In this document: positions 1 to 13,939 of the stretch, one piece after another
How positions within the stretch are numbered: the stretch's first letter is position 1
Layout of the letters: the number at the start of each line of letters is the position of its first letter
Assembly (NCBI RefSeq): GCF_963921235.1
Contig: NC_086108.1
Location: forward strand, 7,750,001-7,814,000
Length of the DNA: 64,000 nt
Direction: 5' to 3'
Source of the DNA: Mobula hypostoma
Lineage: Eukaryota
Program-made: the position numbers and the translations under genes
Notes under the pieces: generated by a model
Told to the model about the DNA's origin: nothing
What the model saw: only the letters and a program-made list of their open reading frames with translations
Databases searched by the model: none

Positions 1-362
1 TGCCTAGTCCAATAACCTGCACCTACACTGTATCCATCCATATCCCTGCCATCGTAATTTTGAATACTTCTATCAAACCTCCTCTCAATCTTCAATGTTT
101 CAAGGACTAGAGTCTATCTTTCCTTACAACTCAGGTCCTGCAGACCCAGCAACATCCTTGTAAATTTTCTGTATTCTTTCAACCTCATTTACATCTTTCC
201 TGTAGGTAGGTAACCAAAACTGCACACAATACTCCAAATTAGGCCTCACCAACAACTTATACAACTTCAACATAACATCTCACCTTCAGTATTCAACACT
301 TTTGATTTATGAAGGCCAACGTGACAAAGCTTTCTGTTTGCCATCTACCTGCAACACCACTT
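1..362 (-). repeat. CR1 3' ORF2 fragment, continuing at 6186-~6460
   Basis: Homologous to the CR1 C-terminal coding region at 27500-27880 and 51960-52200. Confidence 0.75.
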
Positions 363-931
363 CCTTTTTTTTAAATTTTATTTTTGTTTGGATAAGGAAT
401 TCACAAGTATCATGTACTTTTTTCACATGTATAACCTTTTCCATTTTTTTATATATATAAAACTATAATTATTTATACATTCTTAAGTACACATTGAGAT
501 GATATAAAGAGAAATTAGACACTTAAAGAGATAATTATGTACAGTGGAAATTCTAATCTATTAGGCTAAGTAATGGTATTAATTGTTAAGAAAAATAGTA
601 ATAATCGTGGATTAGTAGTAGTTTCCATATATCTCTTCTGGATCATTTCTTCTGGTCCAAAATGTTGTATGTAAGCCTATGTAACAACCATTGTAGGTGT
701 TTATATCCTAACTTGTTCATGCTTGCTCCTGCCCGCAGACATAATTATCCAATCCCTATGTAATTACTTACTTAATTTTATCATTTTTTATCCCTTACCC
801 AAATCTTTTCCTTTACTAATTCTCTATTTTCCAAAAAAAAACAAAAACAGTAAACATTTAGACAGGGGTGCTTACGTTAGCAATATTACTGTGTTGATGA
901 GAAGAGCAGTATAAATCATTAGGAGAGTCAT

Positions 932-3900
932 CTAAAAGTCTGCTCGCATTGGGGTTATATATTCAATCCATTTATTCCAGATTTGATAAAATTTTTCTTT
1001 TTGAATTCTCAGGGAGTAAGTCAACTTTCCCATTTTAAATATTTCCAAGATAATTTCGTGCCAATCTTCTAATGTAGGTGGTATTGGATTTAGCCACTTT
1101 CTAGTGATTGATTTCTTACTTGCCGCTAAAAGGGCCTGCAGCAACTTTATATCTTCCTTCTGTTCAAGAAACAATACATGCCCCAAATAGAGCGTCTCAA
1201 AGTTCAGAGGTATCTGGGTCCTAAGTACCTTAACTAATGTTCTATGAATACCTTCCCAATATAGACTTAATTTAGGACAATTCCAGAAAATATGGAAATG
1301 ATTTGCCTCCTTGCAGCCGCACCTTCTCCAACACGCCACGTTTGTATCTTTATATTTTTCCTGATATGGGGTCTTGAAGTATCTTATAATATTTTTCCAA
1401 CAATGTTCTCTCCAAGTCAATGAATTAGTCAAAGACCACTGAAAGCTGCATATTTTCCCCCAAGCCTCCTCTGAAAGTACCAACCCCACTTCTTTCTCCC
1501 ACTTCTCTTTAACATACAATGTGTTTTTCATTTTTAGCATGGGAGAGTGCATTATATAATCGAGAAACTGATTTACTAGGTATTGAATCGCAAGACGAAT
1601 TAAGAATCTTGAAAAATTCTAATTCTACTGTTGATAGGTCTGTATATCTACAACTCTGGTTAACATAATTTCGTACTTGAAGGTACCTAAAAAAGTCATT
1701 GTGTTCTAGGCCATGTTTGTCCTGCAGGATTTGGAAACTTTGTAATATTCTTTTATGTATAAATGAGAGGTAGGTTCTAAGACCTTTCTTTATCCATAGT
1801 TCAAATCTTTTATCTCCTCTGTTGGGAAGGAATTCGGTATCATATGCACACCATCTGAAGAGTTTTAACATGTTATTAATTCCACATGAATTAACCACCT
1901 TCTGCCATATTTTTAATGTAAGATTTATCCAACTGTTTTTAAATTTTTCCAATTGGGCCATCAATCCTTTGTCAGCTATTGAGGCCTGTAGAGGAAAACT
2001 GTCAACCAATCCAAATTCTATTTCCTTCCATCTAGCCTTATATTCCCTATTACACCAATATAACAGAGGGGTTATCTGTGAGGCATAAAAATAATTTCTC
2101 AGGCAAGAAAGAACCATACCTCCTCCTTCCTTCCCTAACTGTAAGGTGTTATATCGAATTCTAGGTTTCTTTCCTTGCCAAATGAAGCGGGAAATCCATT
2201 TGTCCCATTCCCTGAATTGATTATCATCCACCTCCACAGGTAAAGTACAGAAAAGATACAGTAACCGAGGAAAAATATTCATTTTTATAGTCTTTATCCT
2301 TGAATTTAAACTTAAAAAGGGGATAAGATTCCATCCATGCATATCTGCTTTTAGCTCTGAGATTAATGGCCCATAATTTACCTGTGACAGTGTTGAAAGA
2401 TCCTTCGGCAGGGTTATCCCTAAATATTTTAATGATTTAGCTTCCCACTTAAGATCATATGTATCCTGCAAATTTTTTGGATGGTGTATAATTTAGGGAT
2501 ATAACCTGCGTTTTCTTTACATTTATTTTATAACCTGATATTTTCCCAAAGTCATCCAACAGTGTAAACAATCCTATAAATGATTTTTCTGGTTCACTCA
2601 GATAGACTAAAACATCATCTGTGAATAACGCCACTTTCTGTTCAAACCCTGCCACCTTGATACCTCTTACGATTTCGCTCTGTCTTATTAGTTGGGCAAG
2701 CGGTTCAATATATAGCGCGAAAAGGAGAGGAGAAATTGGGCATCCTTGTCTAGTGCCTCTCTCTAAAATAAAGGAGTCAGAGAGGTCCCCATTTATCTTA
2801 ATTCGAGCTGTAGGGCTGTCGTATAGAGTCTGAATTACTTTAATAAACTTTTCTTGAAAGTCGAATCTTCCTAACACTCTGTATAGGAATGCCCAACTAA
2901 CCGAATCAAAAGCTTTCTCAGCGTCTGATCCTACTACCATTGTCTCTGTCTCGTTCTTATTAACCTGTTCTAATATGTGTAGAGTTCTCCTTATGTTGTC
3001 CTGTGTTTGTCTTTGTTGAATAAATCCAGTCTGGTCCAAGTGGATTAGGCCAGGTAAGAGCTTTTCCAATCTGCGCGCTAATATAGATGTAAATAGTTTG
3101 TAATCTAAATTAAGAACACTAATTGGTCAATAATTGTCATATTCTAGTTTATCTTTACCCTCTTTAGGAATAACTGAAATAATCCCTTCTCTCCAGGAAG
3201 GTGCAGTTTCTCTTCTCTGCAAGATCCAATTAAAGGTGTTAAGTAGTAATGGGGCTAAATGTACCACTCTGAGGTAAACCCATCTGAACCCGGGGACTTT
3301 CCAGCCTTTAACCCAGAGATGCCCACATTCAGTTCTTTGGCAGTTACTGGTTCTAATAGACTTTCATTTTGTAAATCTGTAAGTTTAGGTAGATCTAAAG
3401 AATTCAATAAACAGTCTATATAGGGCTCATTGGAGGCCCGGGGTTGGGAGTACAGCTCTCGATAACATGTTTCAAAAATCTCTTGAATTTTCCCTATTGT
3501 ACTCTCCACAAGCTTTGTCTTTGGATTCTTTATTTTATGAATTGTATTGTCTGCTTGTTGTTTTCATAACTTATATGCTAATAAAATAGCTGATTTACCT
3601 CCTACTTCATAATTCTTTTGTCTCAGGTAAAGAAAATTTCTTTGAGTTTCCAACGTATAAATATCTTCAATTTCTCTTTGCAACTTCCTAATTTCCTGTC
3701 TTAAATTTGAATTACTTTTGTTGCTATCTACAACTTGAAGTTGTTTTAATTTTCCTTGAAGGTCTGCTAATTTTTGTGCATTGATTTTTTTCATGTGAGT
3801 GGTAATGGAAATAATTTTCCCTCTCAGTACAGCTTTCAATGTATCCCATAAGTTCATTGGTGACGTTTCTCCCGTGTCATTAAGGTGTAGGTATTCTTTG

Positions 3901-4705
3901 ATTTCTCCCCTTAATCTCTCCATTACTTTCGGGTTATTGAGTATATGTGAGTTTAGCCTCCATAGTGTTTTCCTCATTTTCCTTTCCAGGATTAGAGACA
4001 TAGAGACTGGGTTATGATCTGACAGATCAATTGTTGCAATATTACAGTTTTTTATCCTGAGTCTATCTGTATTAAAAGTAAAGAAATAGTCTATCCTTGA
4101 ATAGGCTGAATGAGGGAAAGAATAATGTGTATAATCTTTACTAGTGGGGTGCAACTCCCTCCACACATCTATAATTCCCAACTCCTCCATCAATGAATTC
4201 ACTTTCCGAGACAGAGGTTTATTCTGAGTAACTATTCTTGAAGAATCTAATATAGGATTTAATCTAATATTAAAATCCCCTCCACAAATTACTACCCCTT
4301 CAGAACTGACCATTAGGTCAAAAATATGTCTATAAAATGACCATTCACAACCTGGAGAAGCATAAACATTCAGCAATGTTATTTCTGTACCTTCTATTCT
4401 TCCTGTAATTTTTACAAATCTTCCATCTTTGTCTTTAGTCTCTGAAATATGTTCATAACTAAGAGTACTTGAGATTAAAGTAGCTACCCCTCTTTTGTGG
4501 CTCAATTTATATGATGAATAAAATACATGCTTAAAGCCCATTCTTTTTAATTTTCCATGTTCAGATTGGCTCATATGTGTTTCCTGGAGGAAAGCTATTT
4601 GTGCCCTCTCTTTTTTCAATTTAGACATAAATCTTATTTCTTTTAATTGGATTCAAAACCCCATTAACATTATAGGAAATTATTTTTACCAATTCAATTT
4701 GCATT
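932..4705 (-). pseudogene. L1-a ORF2 (APE-RT-CCHC), frameshifted
   Basis: Consecutive fragments with FLQETH, GGDFN, SDH, GKSPGSDG, DAEKAFD, GTRQGCPISP, FTDD and CWRRCG..HIFWNC; several frame breaks. Confidence 0.92.
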
Positions 4706-5062
4706 TTTCTCTAGTAAAAAAAACTCTCCTTTTCTAACCAAACAGTAAGCAATCCCTTCTCAACAGTAAACCAAAACATATAACCACACCCTAGACATTT
4801 TTGAACGTATAACATTTGAAAATTTTTCCCGACTTCCCACAGTGAGGCCTGAGCACTAACCCGCCTCAGTTCAGAGGGATAACCTCTATCTTCACTCTGT
4901 GTTAGAGGGCCCTCCGCAGTGCGAATAATCATAGAGAATTTTCTCCTATTTATGTCTCGACCATATTGCTACCATTCAAGTTATTCCCTCTAGTTTATTT
5001 TCAGATACCAGCTTTCATTTTACCTTTAAGTCCGATTTACTCTTTTCAGTCATTTCTCTTAA

Positions 5063-6049
5063 TTAGTCTGTATTCTCTGTACATTCGCGTCTGAATATTT
5101 GCAGCTTTTCCTTGTAGGTTGACACTCTGGTTCGAGTGGAGCGTCCTCGCCCCACTAACTGCCACGACTTCTGCCAAATCCTCTCCAGTAGCGACTCCGG
5201 TTGGGTGATAACTTTAATAGGTAGTCCCCGGTCCGCCAGGTCCAACGTTACCTCCTCCACCGTAGCGTAAGTTTTTGTCCCTTCGTCGTAAAAGACTTTC
5301 AGCCGAGCTGGATACAGGGTCTGGAATCTGATACTGTTTTCCTTCAGGACCCTCCGTGTTTCCGCATATTCCTTCCGTCTGGCAAGGATCCCTGGTGCGT
5401 AATCGTGGTCTAAACTGATTTTACAGTTGCTCCACATGAAACCTTTCTTTTGCCATGCCCATTTAAGCACCCCTTCCTTCGTTCTGTAACTGAAAAATCT
5501 GACCAGAATTGATCTGGGCTGGGCGCCTGCTGGAGGCTGTGGTGCCAACGCGCGGTGAGCCCTTTCTATCTGTAGGTCTTTTGCAGCCGGTATATCAAGG
5601 TTCTCTCTAAGCAGCTTCTCTATGAAGGGAATCATCAATCCGGGTTTACCTTCGGTTCCTTCAGGAACTCCGTAGATCCTCACATTTTCCCTTCTTGAGC
5701 GGCCTTCTTGGTCTATGAGCTTCCACTGGAGCTGCTCTTGCAGCTTTAGCATTTCTGCTATCACTTGCTCTGCGTTTTGTAGCTTCTCTTCAATTCCAAC
5801 AGTCCTCGCTTCGGTTTCATCTATCCTCGAGTTAGTTTTTACTATTTCTCCTTTAATATCCTCCAGCTGTTTGTTGTTATCTTGTCGGAACTTGCGAATC
5901 TCTCCGAGAATCAAAGACAGAGTCACCGATTCCCCCTCATTATCTCCGTTCTGGCTTGCCGTGGGGGAGCTAGGCCCATCGCCTTGCTGCGACTCTTTGT
6001 GTTTATCAGCCTTCGGAGCGGACTTTTTAATCTTGTTCTTAGACATCAT
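5063..6049 (-). CDS. L1-a ORF1p (coiled coil, RRM, CTD), open 328 aa
   Basis: Heptad-like region, EGRSRRENVRIYGVPEG, IERAHR, RRKEY and LYPARL motifs typical of L1 ORF1. Confidence 0.9.
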   Translation of the reverse strand: MMSKNKIKKSAPKADKHKESQQGDGPSSPTASQNGDNEGESVTLSLILGEIRKFRQDNNKQLEDIKGEIVKTNSRIDETEARTVGIEEKLQNAEQVIAEMLKLQEQLQWKLIDQEGRSRRENVRIYGVPEGTEGKPGLMIPFIEKLLRENLDIPAAKDLQIERAHRALAPQPPAGAQPRSILVRFFSYRTKEGVLKWAWQKKGFMWSNCKISLDHDYAPGILARRKEYAETRRVLKENSIRFQTLYPARLKVFYDEGTKTYATVEEVTLDLADRGLPIKVITQPESLLERIWQKSWQLVGRGRSTRTRVSTYKEKLQIFRRECTENTD

Positions 6050-6564
6050 CCTTGCCCCTTTTATTAATATAGTTATACAATATTAAGTATTCCTCTAAAT
6101 TCGATTTTGGGGCAGTTTACCTTCTTTTTGGCCGAGAGACCTTTTCCTTACGCCGCCATTCCCTTGCTGACCCGGAAGTCCCCCACAACACCACTTTCAA
6201 TGAGTTATGGACCTGTATTCTCAGATCCCTTTGTTCTACCACACTCCTCCGTGCCTAAGGTTCACTGGGTAAAACCTACCCTGGTTGGTCCTAGCGAAAT
6301 GCAACACATCACACTTGTCTGCATTAAATTCCCTCCGGTACTTTTCCAGCTGGTCCATATCCCATTGCAAGCTCTAATAGTCTTCCTCACCGTCCATTAC
6401 ATCCCCTGTCCTGGTTTTATCCGCAAACTTGCTGATCGAGTTAACCATGTTATAATCACATCAGTAATGGAAATAATCTTGAAAATAGTCAAGTTTGAAT
6501 GTTATACCCATGCAGACAGATAGTATACCAGCATCACTGAGGGGATTCACAGAAGAGTGAAGGT

Positions 6565-7053
6565 ACCTACCTACAAGAAAGACACAAGTAATATTGAAAG
6601 AGTACAAAGAAAATTTATAAGGATGTTGCCAGGTCTGGAGGACCTGAGTTAGAAGGAAAGACTAAATAGGTTAGGACTTTATTTCTAGGAATGTAGAAGA
6701 CTAAGAGAAGATTTGATAGAGGTATACAAAATTATGTGGGGTATAGATAGGGTAAATGCAAGCAGGCTTTTTCCACTGAGGTTGGGTAGGTTAAGGGTGA
6801 AAGGTGAAAAGTTTAAGGAGAAACTTCTTCACTCAGAGGGTTGTGAGAGTGTAGAATGAACTGCCAGTGCAAGTGGTACATGCAAGTTCGATTTGAACTT
6901 ATAAGAATAGTTTGGATAGGTACATGAATGGTAGGGGTATGGAGGGCTATGGTCCCAGTGCAAACCGATAGGAGTAGGCAGTCTAGATGGTTTCGGCATG
7001 GACTAGATGGACCGAAGAATATTTCTGTACTGTACTTTTCTATGACTCTATGA
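6565..7053 (+). repeat. CR1 3' end
   Basis: ERVQRKF..LGLYF..RRLREDLIEVYKI homology; tail tctatgactctatga. Confidence 0.85.
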
Positions 7054-7299
7054 CAAGAAGGGCAGGATGCAGAGAACAGAATCCTTTCTCAACAAAATCA
7101 TAACAAGCTCAGGAAAGAATTGTCGGAAGAAAAAAAGGGGAGTACTATCTGAAGGAACACATTGTCAAGATGAAAACCCACCGAATTTGTCCTTTGACTT
7201 CTGACTATACACCTTAATAATAAAGCAAGAATTAAATTGGAACAAGACAGCTTGGGATAAAATGGCTCTCTATCACCCAGAAAATATTAGGATACTCAC

Positions 7300-7473
7300 T
7301 GCATCATACTGGGCTAGGAACTCCAGAGGCTTGTCTTTGATGTTATCTGTGTCAACTTTGACCTCCACCATTGGGTTTAGGTTCTGTGCACGTTCCAGAG
7401 ATGCTTCAGCCCGATTTCTTCCCAAAGTGCCGGCCGGAATGAGGAACTGAGATTGTGCATCCTCTGGGGTGGT
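7300..7473 (-). CDS. SAE1: SAE1 coding exon 3
   Basis: TTGCAG| acceptor and GCA|GTGAGT donor; 174 nt, phase 0; TTPEDAQSQFLIPAGTLGRNRAEASLERAQNLNPMVEVKVDTDNIKDKPLEFLAQYDA. Later exons are not seen and presumably lie left of the window. Confidence 0.96.
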
Positions 7474-7500
7474 CTGCAATCAAGATGAATTTCAGTAACT

Positions 7501-10500
7501 TCATAATTATATCATAGATAATTGCTATTAATCCCTTCTGAAAAGGATTTAAACCTAAAATTTTATCAATAATATCAATAGGATTTGAAGTCGGAAAGGT
7601 AGGCAAAATAGTATTTAAAAAATTTCTTATTTGTAAATATCTAAAAAAATGGGATCTAGGCAAATCAAATTTCTTAGATAACTGCTCAAAAGACATAAAA
7701 CAGTTATCCAGAAATAAGTCACGAAAACATATTACACCTTTCGTTTTCCATATCAAAAAGGCTTGGTCCATAACCGAGGGTTGAAAAAAGAAATTAGATA
7801 TAAAAGGACTTAATAACATGAATTCATTCAGGCCAAAAAATTTACGAAATTGAAACCACATTCACAATGTATGTTTAACTATAGTGTTAAACATTTGTTT
7901 ATTCCATTTAGATAGTACAAAAGGAAGTGACGTTCCTAAAATGGAAGCTAAAGAAAACCCTTGTACAGAGTGGCCTTCAAGGTTTACCCAATATGGGCTT
8001 AGAGTTATAGTCCAATCTTGCGTCCAAAATATTAAATATAGAATATTAATTGCCCAATAATAAAATCTTAGGTTAGGCAATGCCAAAGCACCATCTTTCT
8101 TGGATTTCTATAAGAATTTTTTACTTAATCTGAGATTTTTGTTTTGCCATATACAAGAAGAAAATTTAGAATCAATAATATCAAAAAAGGATTTAGGAAT
8201 AAAAATTGGTATCGTTTGAAATAAATACAATTTAGGTAAAATAATCATTTTAATAGCATTAATTCGGCCAATCAATGATAGAGACAATGGGGACCACTTC
8301 GTAATCAGTTGTTTAACCTGATTAATTAACGGTAAAAGGTTGAAATTGAATAAATCCTTATGTCTTCTAGTAATTTTAACTCCTAGATAAGTAAAAGTCA
8401 GTAGTCACTCTGAATGGAGAATTTCTATAAATGGGAACCTGCATATTTAATGGTAAAGGTTCACTCTTACCTAGGTTCAGTTTATAACCAGAAAAACTAC
8501 TAAACTGAGCAAGCAAAGTTAATACGGCCAGAATAGATTTCCCTGGGTTAGAAATATATAATAGTAGATCATCTGCATATAGTGATAATTTATGAGTCTC
8601 ATTTCCACGGGTAATGCCAAATATATTAGGGGAGTCACGAATAGCAATAGCTAGTGGTTCCAAAGCAATATCAAATAGTAGTGGACTAAGAGGACAACCC
8701 TGCCTAGTACCATGGAATAAATGAAAAAGAAGGGATCTTTGATTGTTAGTAAATACCGAAGCCAAAGGGGTGAGATATATCAGTTTAATCCAAGATATAA
8801 ATATCGAACTAAAATTAAATTTCTCAAGGGTGTTAAATAAATATGTCCATTCAACTCTGTCAAAAGCTTTCTCAGTGTCCAATGAAATAACACATTCTGG
8901 AATTCTGGGTGAAGGCGTATAAACAATATTCATTAATCTCCTAATATTAAGAGAAGAGTAATAATTTTTAATAAATCCAGTCTGATCAGAAATAATTTGA
9001 GGTAATACATTCTCCAATCTCATTGCCAATATTTTAGAAAAAATCTTAGAATCCACATTCAGCAAAGATATAGGCCTATAAGATGCACATTCAGTAGGAT
9101 CCTTATCTTTTTTGAGAATTAGGGAAATAGAAGCTTGATTAAAAAGATCGTGGTAATTTACGTATATATACTGCATCTCTAAAAACTCTACATAGCCAAG
9201 GAGTCAGTGTAGTAAAGAAAAATTTTTAAAATTCTACTGTATATCCGTCTGGGCCAGGTGCTTTACCTGAATTCATCGAAAAAATAGTGTTCTTTATTTC
9301 CTCTACTGTAATAGGTACATCTAGTTTTGAGCGTTCATTAGATGATAATTTTGGAATATTCAATTTCTTTAAAAATTCATGCATTATAGTGGAGTCATCA
9401 GGAAATTCTGATTGATATAAAGAGGTATAAAACTCTTGTAAAGGATTTATTAATCTCGTCATGGTCAACTGTCAAAGTGCCATCTTGTTTACGAATCTTA
9501 AGAATCTGTCGTTTAACCGAGGCCGATTTCAATTGATTAGCCAATAGTTTCCCAGTTTTATCACCATGTGTATAGAACTGACTCTTAGTTTTGATTAATT
9601 GACTTTCAATCGAAGATGATAATAAGAGATTATGTTCCATTTGAAGTTCAACTCTCTGTTTATAAAGTTCCTGATTAGGGGCTATAGAATATTTCTTGTC
9701 AATTTCTTTAATTCTGTCAACCAGTTTAAGTATTTCATTATTAGTTCGCTTTTTTAATCCAGCAGTATATGAAATAATTTGTCCACAAATATATGCTTTA
9801 AGAGTATCCCATAATGTTCCACTGGAAATATCCTCTGTAGAATTCATTGTAAAGAAAAAATTAATCTGTTCCTCAATAAACCTGACAAAATCCGAGTCTT
9901 GAAGCAAAGTTGTATTAAATTGCCACTGTCTAGAATTAGTAAATGTATCCCTTAAGTTAATAAATAATTTCAACGGTGCATGGTCAGAAACAGCAATAGA
10001 ATCATATTCACAACCAGTAACAAGAGGAAATAGTCGAAAGTCAATAAAAAAAAAGTCAATTCTTGAATAGTGCTGATATACATATGAAAAAAATGAGAAC
10101 TCTTTCTCATTTGGATGCAAAAATCTCCAAATTTCTGAGATTCCAGAGTTGGTCATAAAAGAGTTAATAAGGGTAGCCCAATTGTTCAGAAGTACTTGAT
10201 TGGACTTGGATCTATCCATCAATGGGTTTAAACGACAATTGAAATCTCCACCTATAATCAACATATAGTCATTTAAGTTAGGAAGAGATGTGGAGAGATT
10301 CTTAAAAAAATCAGGACAGTCAACATTTGGGGCATAAACATTAAGCATAACAACTTTTTTGTTAAATAACAAACCAGTATTTAACAAAAATCTGCCATTC
10401 GGATCTGAAATCATCTCATAGTGCAGAAATGAAATTGACAGATCTATAAAAATAGAAACACCTTTCACATTAGCCTGCGAATTCGAGTGGTATTGTTGGC

Positions 10501-13354
10501 GCTTCCAGAACCTAAAAAAAAACGCTGATTATCCTCTTTCTGGACATGAGTTTCTTGTACAAAAATAATATGAGCATTCATCCTATGGAATACTTTAAAA
10601 ATTTTCTTCCGTTTAATCGGGTGGTTTAAACCATTTGTATTCCAAGAAACCAAATTAATAATCTTATCCATCGTAATGAGTTCAAGCATAAGGTATGTAA
10701 AGAGTTAACCAGAGTTCAGACTCATGACCCCAGAAGAGGAAAAATGGTCCAAAGAGGAACCGGAAGTTACGACAATTTGGTAGTTTCAGGTCAGCCCATT
10801 TAAAAAGCAAAAATGAATTAAAAATAAGAACAAGAATACCACCCACCTCCCACAAAAACCCCGAAAAAAGCCAGAAAGTGGTCAATGCTAAATCTAAAGC
10901 TAATCCTAACCCCATCTTTCCAGAAGGCAACCCAAAAGGAATATGTTTATCAAAAGAAATACCACCCATATTCAAAAAAAGTAAAAAAAAGTAGCTATAA
11001 TGGTAAGAAAAAGCTTACAACGATTACAAGCATCGAATAGTTCCTTCTTACTCATATTTCAAAGAACATCAAATGTTAGATCATATTACTATATTAATTT
11101 TTCATATATAAATAATCGGAAGTAACGTTAGAAACAGAAAGGATTCTGGGAAGAAGAAGAAAACAATCCACCATCTTAAAATATAATACTGCAGTAACAT
11201 TTCAAAAAGAAAACAAGCATTAAAATTGTAACTACATAACTTTCAAAAAAGAGTAAGGTATACAAGATCACTAACAGAAAAGCATAATGTCATTTAACAG
11301 TATAAAGCATACCTACACTGCAAGATCAAGGGAAAAACCCTCGAACTATCAAATCAAAGACGAGAGAGAAAAAAAAGATACATTCATTAATCCTCCGCAG
11401 AGGGAGGCAGATTGTCGAGAAAATTTTGGGCTTCCATCAGATTTTTAAACAGGCTATGTGAGTTGTCCAGCATAACCATTCTCTAACAGGCTGGAAACAG
11501 TAACGTTATTTTATAGCCCCAACGATAAAGTTCTGCCATCTGTGGTTTAAAAGCCATCCGTTTTTTCAGTACGTCTTGGCTGTAGTCTTCGACAATCCTG
11601 AACTTGAAATCTTCAAATTGGATCATACCTTTCTTCCGAGCAGCTCAAATAATTCATTCCTTGTCATGGACATAATGAAACCGAATGATGATTGGTCTCG
11701 GTCTGGCCAATTTCTCTGGATTAAAACGGAAAGTACAGTGCCCACAATCTAATAGTGGGGGCTCCTCCAATATATCAGGACCGAACATATCCATTAGCAA
11801 TTTAGAGAAATATTTGGTAGGATCTCCCTTCTCAACATCTTCAGGAAAACCAATTATTCGTAAATTTTGTCGTCGAGAGCGATTTTCAAGATCACTAGTC
11901 TTAGCTTGATAACGTTCCAGCTGCTGAGTTACTGAAGTTAAACTTTTTTTCAAGAGCTTCAATTTTTCGATCCGTTTTCCGGCCATCTTCATCTAGTTCC
12001 GAGATTCTAACTTGCTGTTGGTCAATTTCACGTCTGAATGATCTTGAATCTTCTTGCATCGACTTCAACACTCCTTCAATTGCGGTGAGTCTTTGATTAA
12101 CTGTTTCATCTAGAAGTTTCTTCATTAGTTCCATAGTTATCAGAGCTTCCTTCGATGTTCCAGGATCACCATTTTTTTTCCCGTTCCCGCCGGCACCTTT
12201 CCCTTCTTTAACTTCTTGTGCTCTAGTATTCATTTTCAGTAAGTAATAAAAGTCGTAGTTCAATTATATAATTGCAATATAAATTGTTTAGTGTAGGTAT
12301 AGGTGAAGTAAATAAGAGTGGTTACATGTAAAAAAGTAAAGGGTATGGAGCGACGCCAAAGTACAGCTCACTCCATGGGTCCCCTGCCGGAAAGATGATA
12401 TAATTATGAAATAACAGCCAGGTATATCTGAAAATTAAAAATGAATGGGAAAGGGAACTTCAACTTTGTCTACCTATAGAGAAATGGGATAAAATTAAAA
12501 TTTTTCAATTAGTTAGTACTTCTTCTATATCTGCTAAAAATACATTAATACAATTTAAAGTAGTGCATAGAGCCCATATGTCCAAAGATAAATTAGCCCG
12601 ATTTTACTCCCATATAAACCCTATTTGTGATAGATGTCACTCTGAGGTGGCTTCTTTAACTCATATGTTTTGGTCCTGTCCTCTCTTGGAAAAATATTGG
12701 AAAGATATTTTTGATATTATTTCAACAGTTCTATGTTTTGATTTACAACCCCATCCCATTACGACAGTTTTTGGATTGCCAATGGTAGAACATAGATCTT
12801 TGTCTTCTTCAGCCTGTCAGATGATAGCATTTGTTACTTTAGTGGCTAGAAGATCTATTTTATTGAACTGGAAGGAAACCAATCCTCCTACTACATTCCA
12901 ATGGTTTTCCCAAACTATATTAAGTTTAAGTTTAGAAGTGATATTTTCGATCCTTCGGTCAAATTTGAAGAAACTTTGAAACCTTTTATGCAACATTTTC
13001 ATATGATGTAATTTGACCTTTCTGAATTTTGTATTAACTTAAATTATATGAATAGAGGAGTGGAGCTGACGACATTACTGAACGTGTCTGATTCAAGATA
13101 TTGGTCTAGCCCTGTTTTGTTCTGTTTTTTTTGGGTTTATTTTCTTTTTTCTTTTGGGGATTTTTCTTTGTTTATATATATTTCTTTTTATTTCTTTTTT
13201 TAATGACTAATTTCATTATGAGTTTGGAAGTCTATTATACCTATGTCACTTAAAATCCTTTTTGTATATGCTTATTAAGATTATTCCAATCTCTGTATCA
13301 ACATTGTTACTATGTCTATAATTTTGAAAATTGATAAAAAGATTTAAAAAGAAA
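7501..13354. mobile_element. Apparently full-length L1-clade LINE (L1-b) with 5' inversion: 7501-12394 minus, 12395-13354 plus
   Basis: Perfect 14-bp TSD gaatttcagtaact at 7487-7500 and 13355-13368; minus segment holds 5'UTR, ORF1 and most of ORF2; plus segment holds the ORF2 CCHC C-terminus, 3'UTR and A-rich tail. Confidence 0.95.
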
Positions 13355-13579
13355 GAATTTCAGTAACTGAGAACAACAATTTAAAAGTGATCAATCAAAA
13401 ATTAAGGAACCTATTAAGCTCATGTAAACCATATTGGTTGATTACAGATTTCTTCTCGACATCACGTTCAGTCAGCAGAACTTCTAATTATCTTTCAAGG
13501 ATAATCAAATTTCAAAGTAAATTTTTTCTTTCTTTCTATATTTCTATCTATTTTAAGTTTTTTTGTATCTTTTAAAAAT

Positions 13580-13840
13580 CTATTTATTGAGATAGCGCAG
13601 AATAGGCCCTTCTGGCCCTCTGAGCCACGACACCCAGCAACTCCCAATTATAACCAAGCCTAATCAGAGGACAATTTACAATGGCCAATTAATCTACCAA
13701 CTGGTTTGTCTTTGAACTATCGGAGGAAACCAGAGCACCCAGAAGAAATCCAGGCTGCACGGGGAGAACATAAAAACTCCTTACAGGCAGCAGCAGAAAT
13801 TGAACCCTGGTTACTGGCACTGTAAACTGTTCTACCAAAT
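13580..13840 (-). mobile_element. V-SINE-like tRNA SINE with CR1-like 3' tail
   Basis: B-box-like GGTTCAATTTC, core gggtgctctggtttcctcc, 3' gggccagaagggcct; related fragment at ~53758-53890. Confidence 0.7.
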
Positions 13841-13939
13841 TTACTAGTAAAGAAACTACCTTGAGATTCATTTTTTAGCAGGCATTTTCCGGGAAATAAA
13901 GGAATACAAAGGAACGTTACAAAAAACTATACATATTCC

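Larger units (their letters stand above)
363..6185 (-). mobile_element. Full-length L1-clade LINE (L1-a) inserted into a CR1 fragment, SAE1 intron 3
   Basis: ORF1, APE endonuclease and RT fragments, C-terminal CCHC region, A-rich tail at ~363-385; TSD core caacaccactt at 352-362 and 6186-6196; the CR1 sequence resumes across it. Confidence 0.95.

Noticed and set aside
7406..7861. L1 ORF2-SAE1 fusion ORF
   Set aside because: It crosses exon 3 out of the SAE1 frame and upstream ORF2 is broken; chance read-through.
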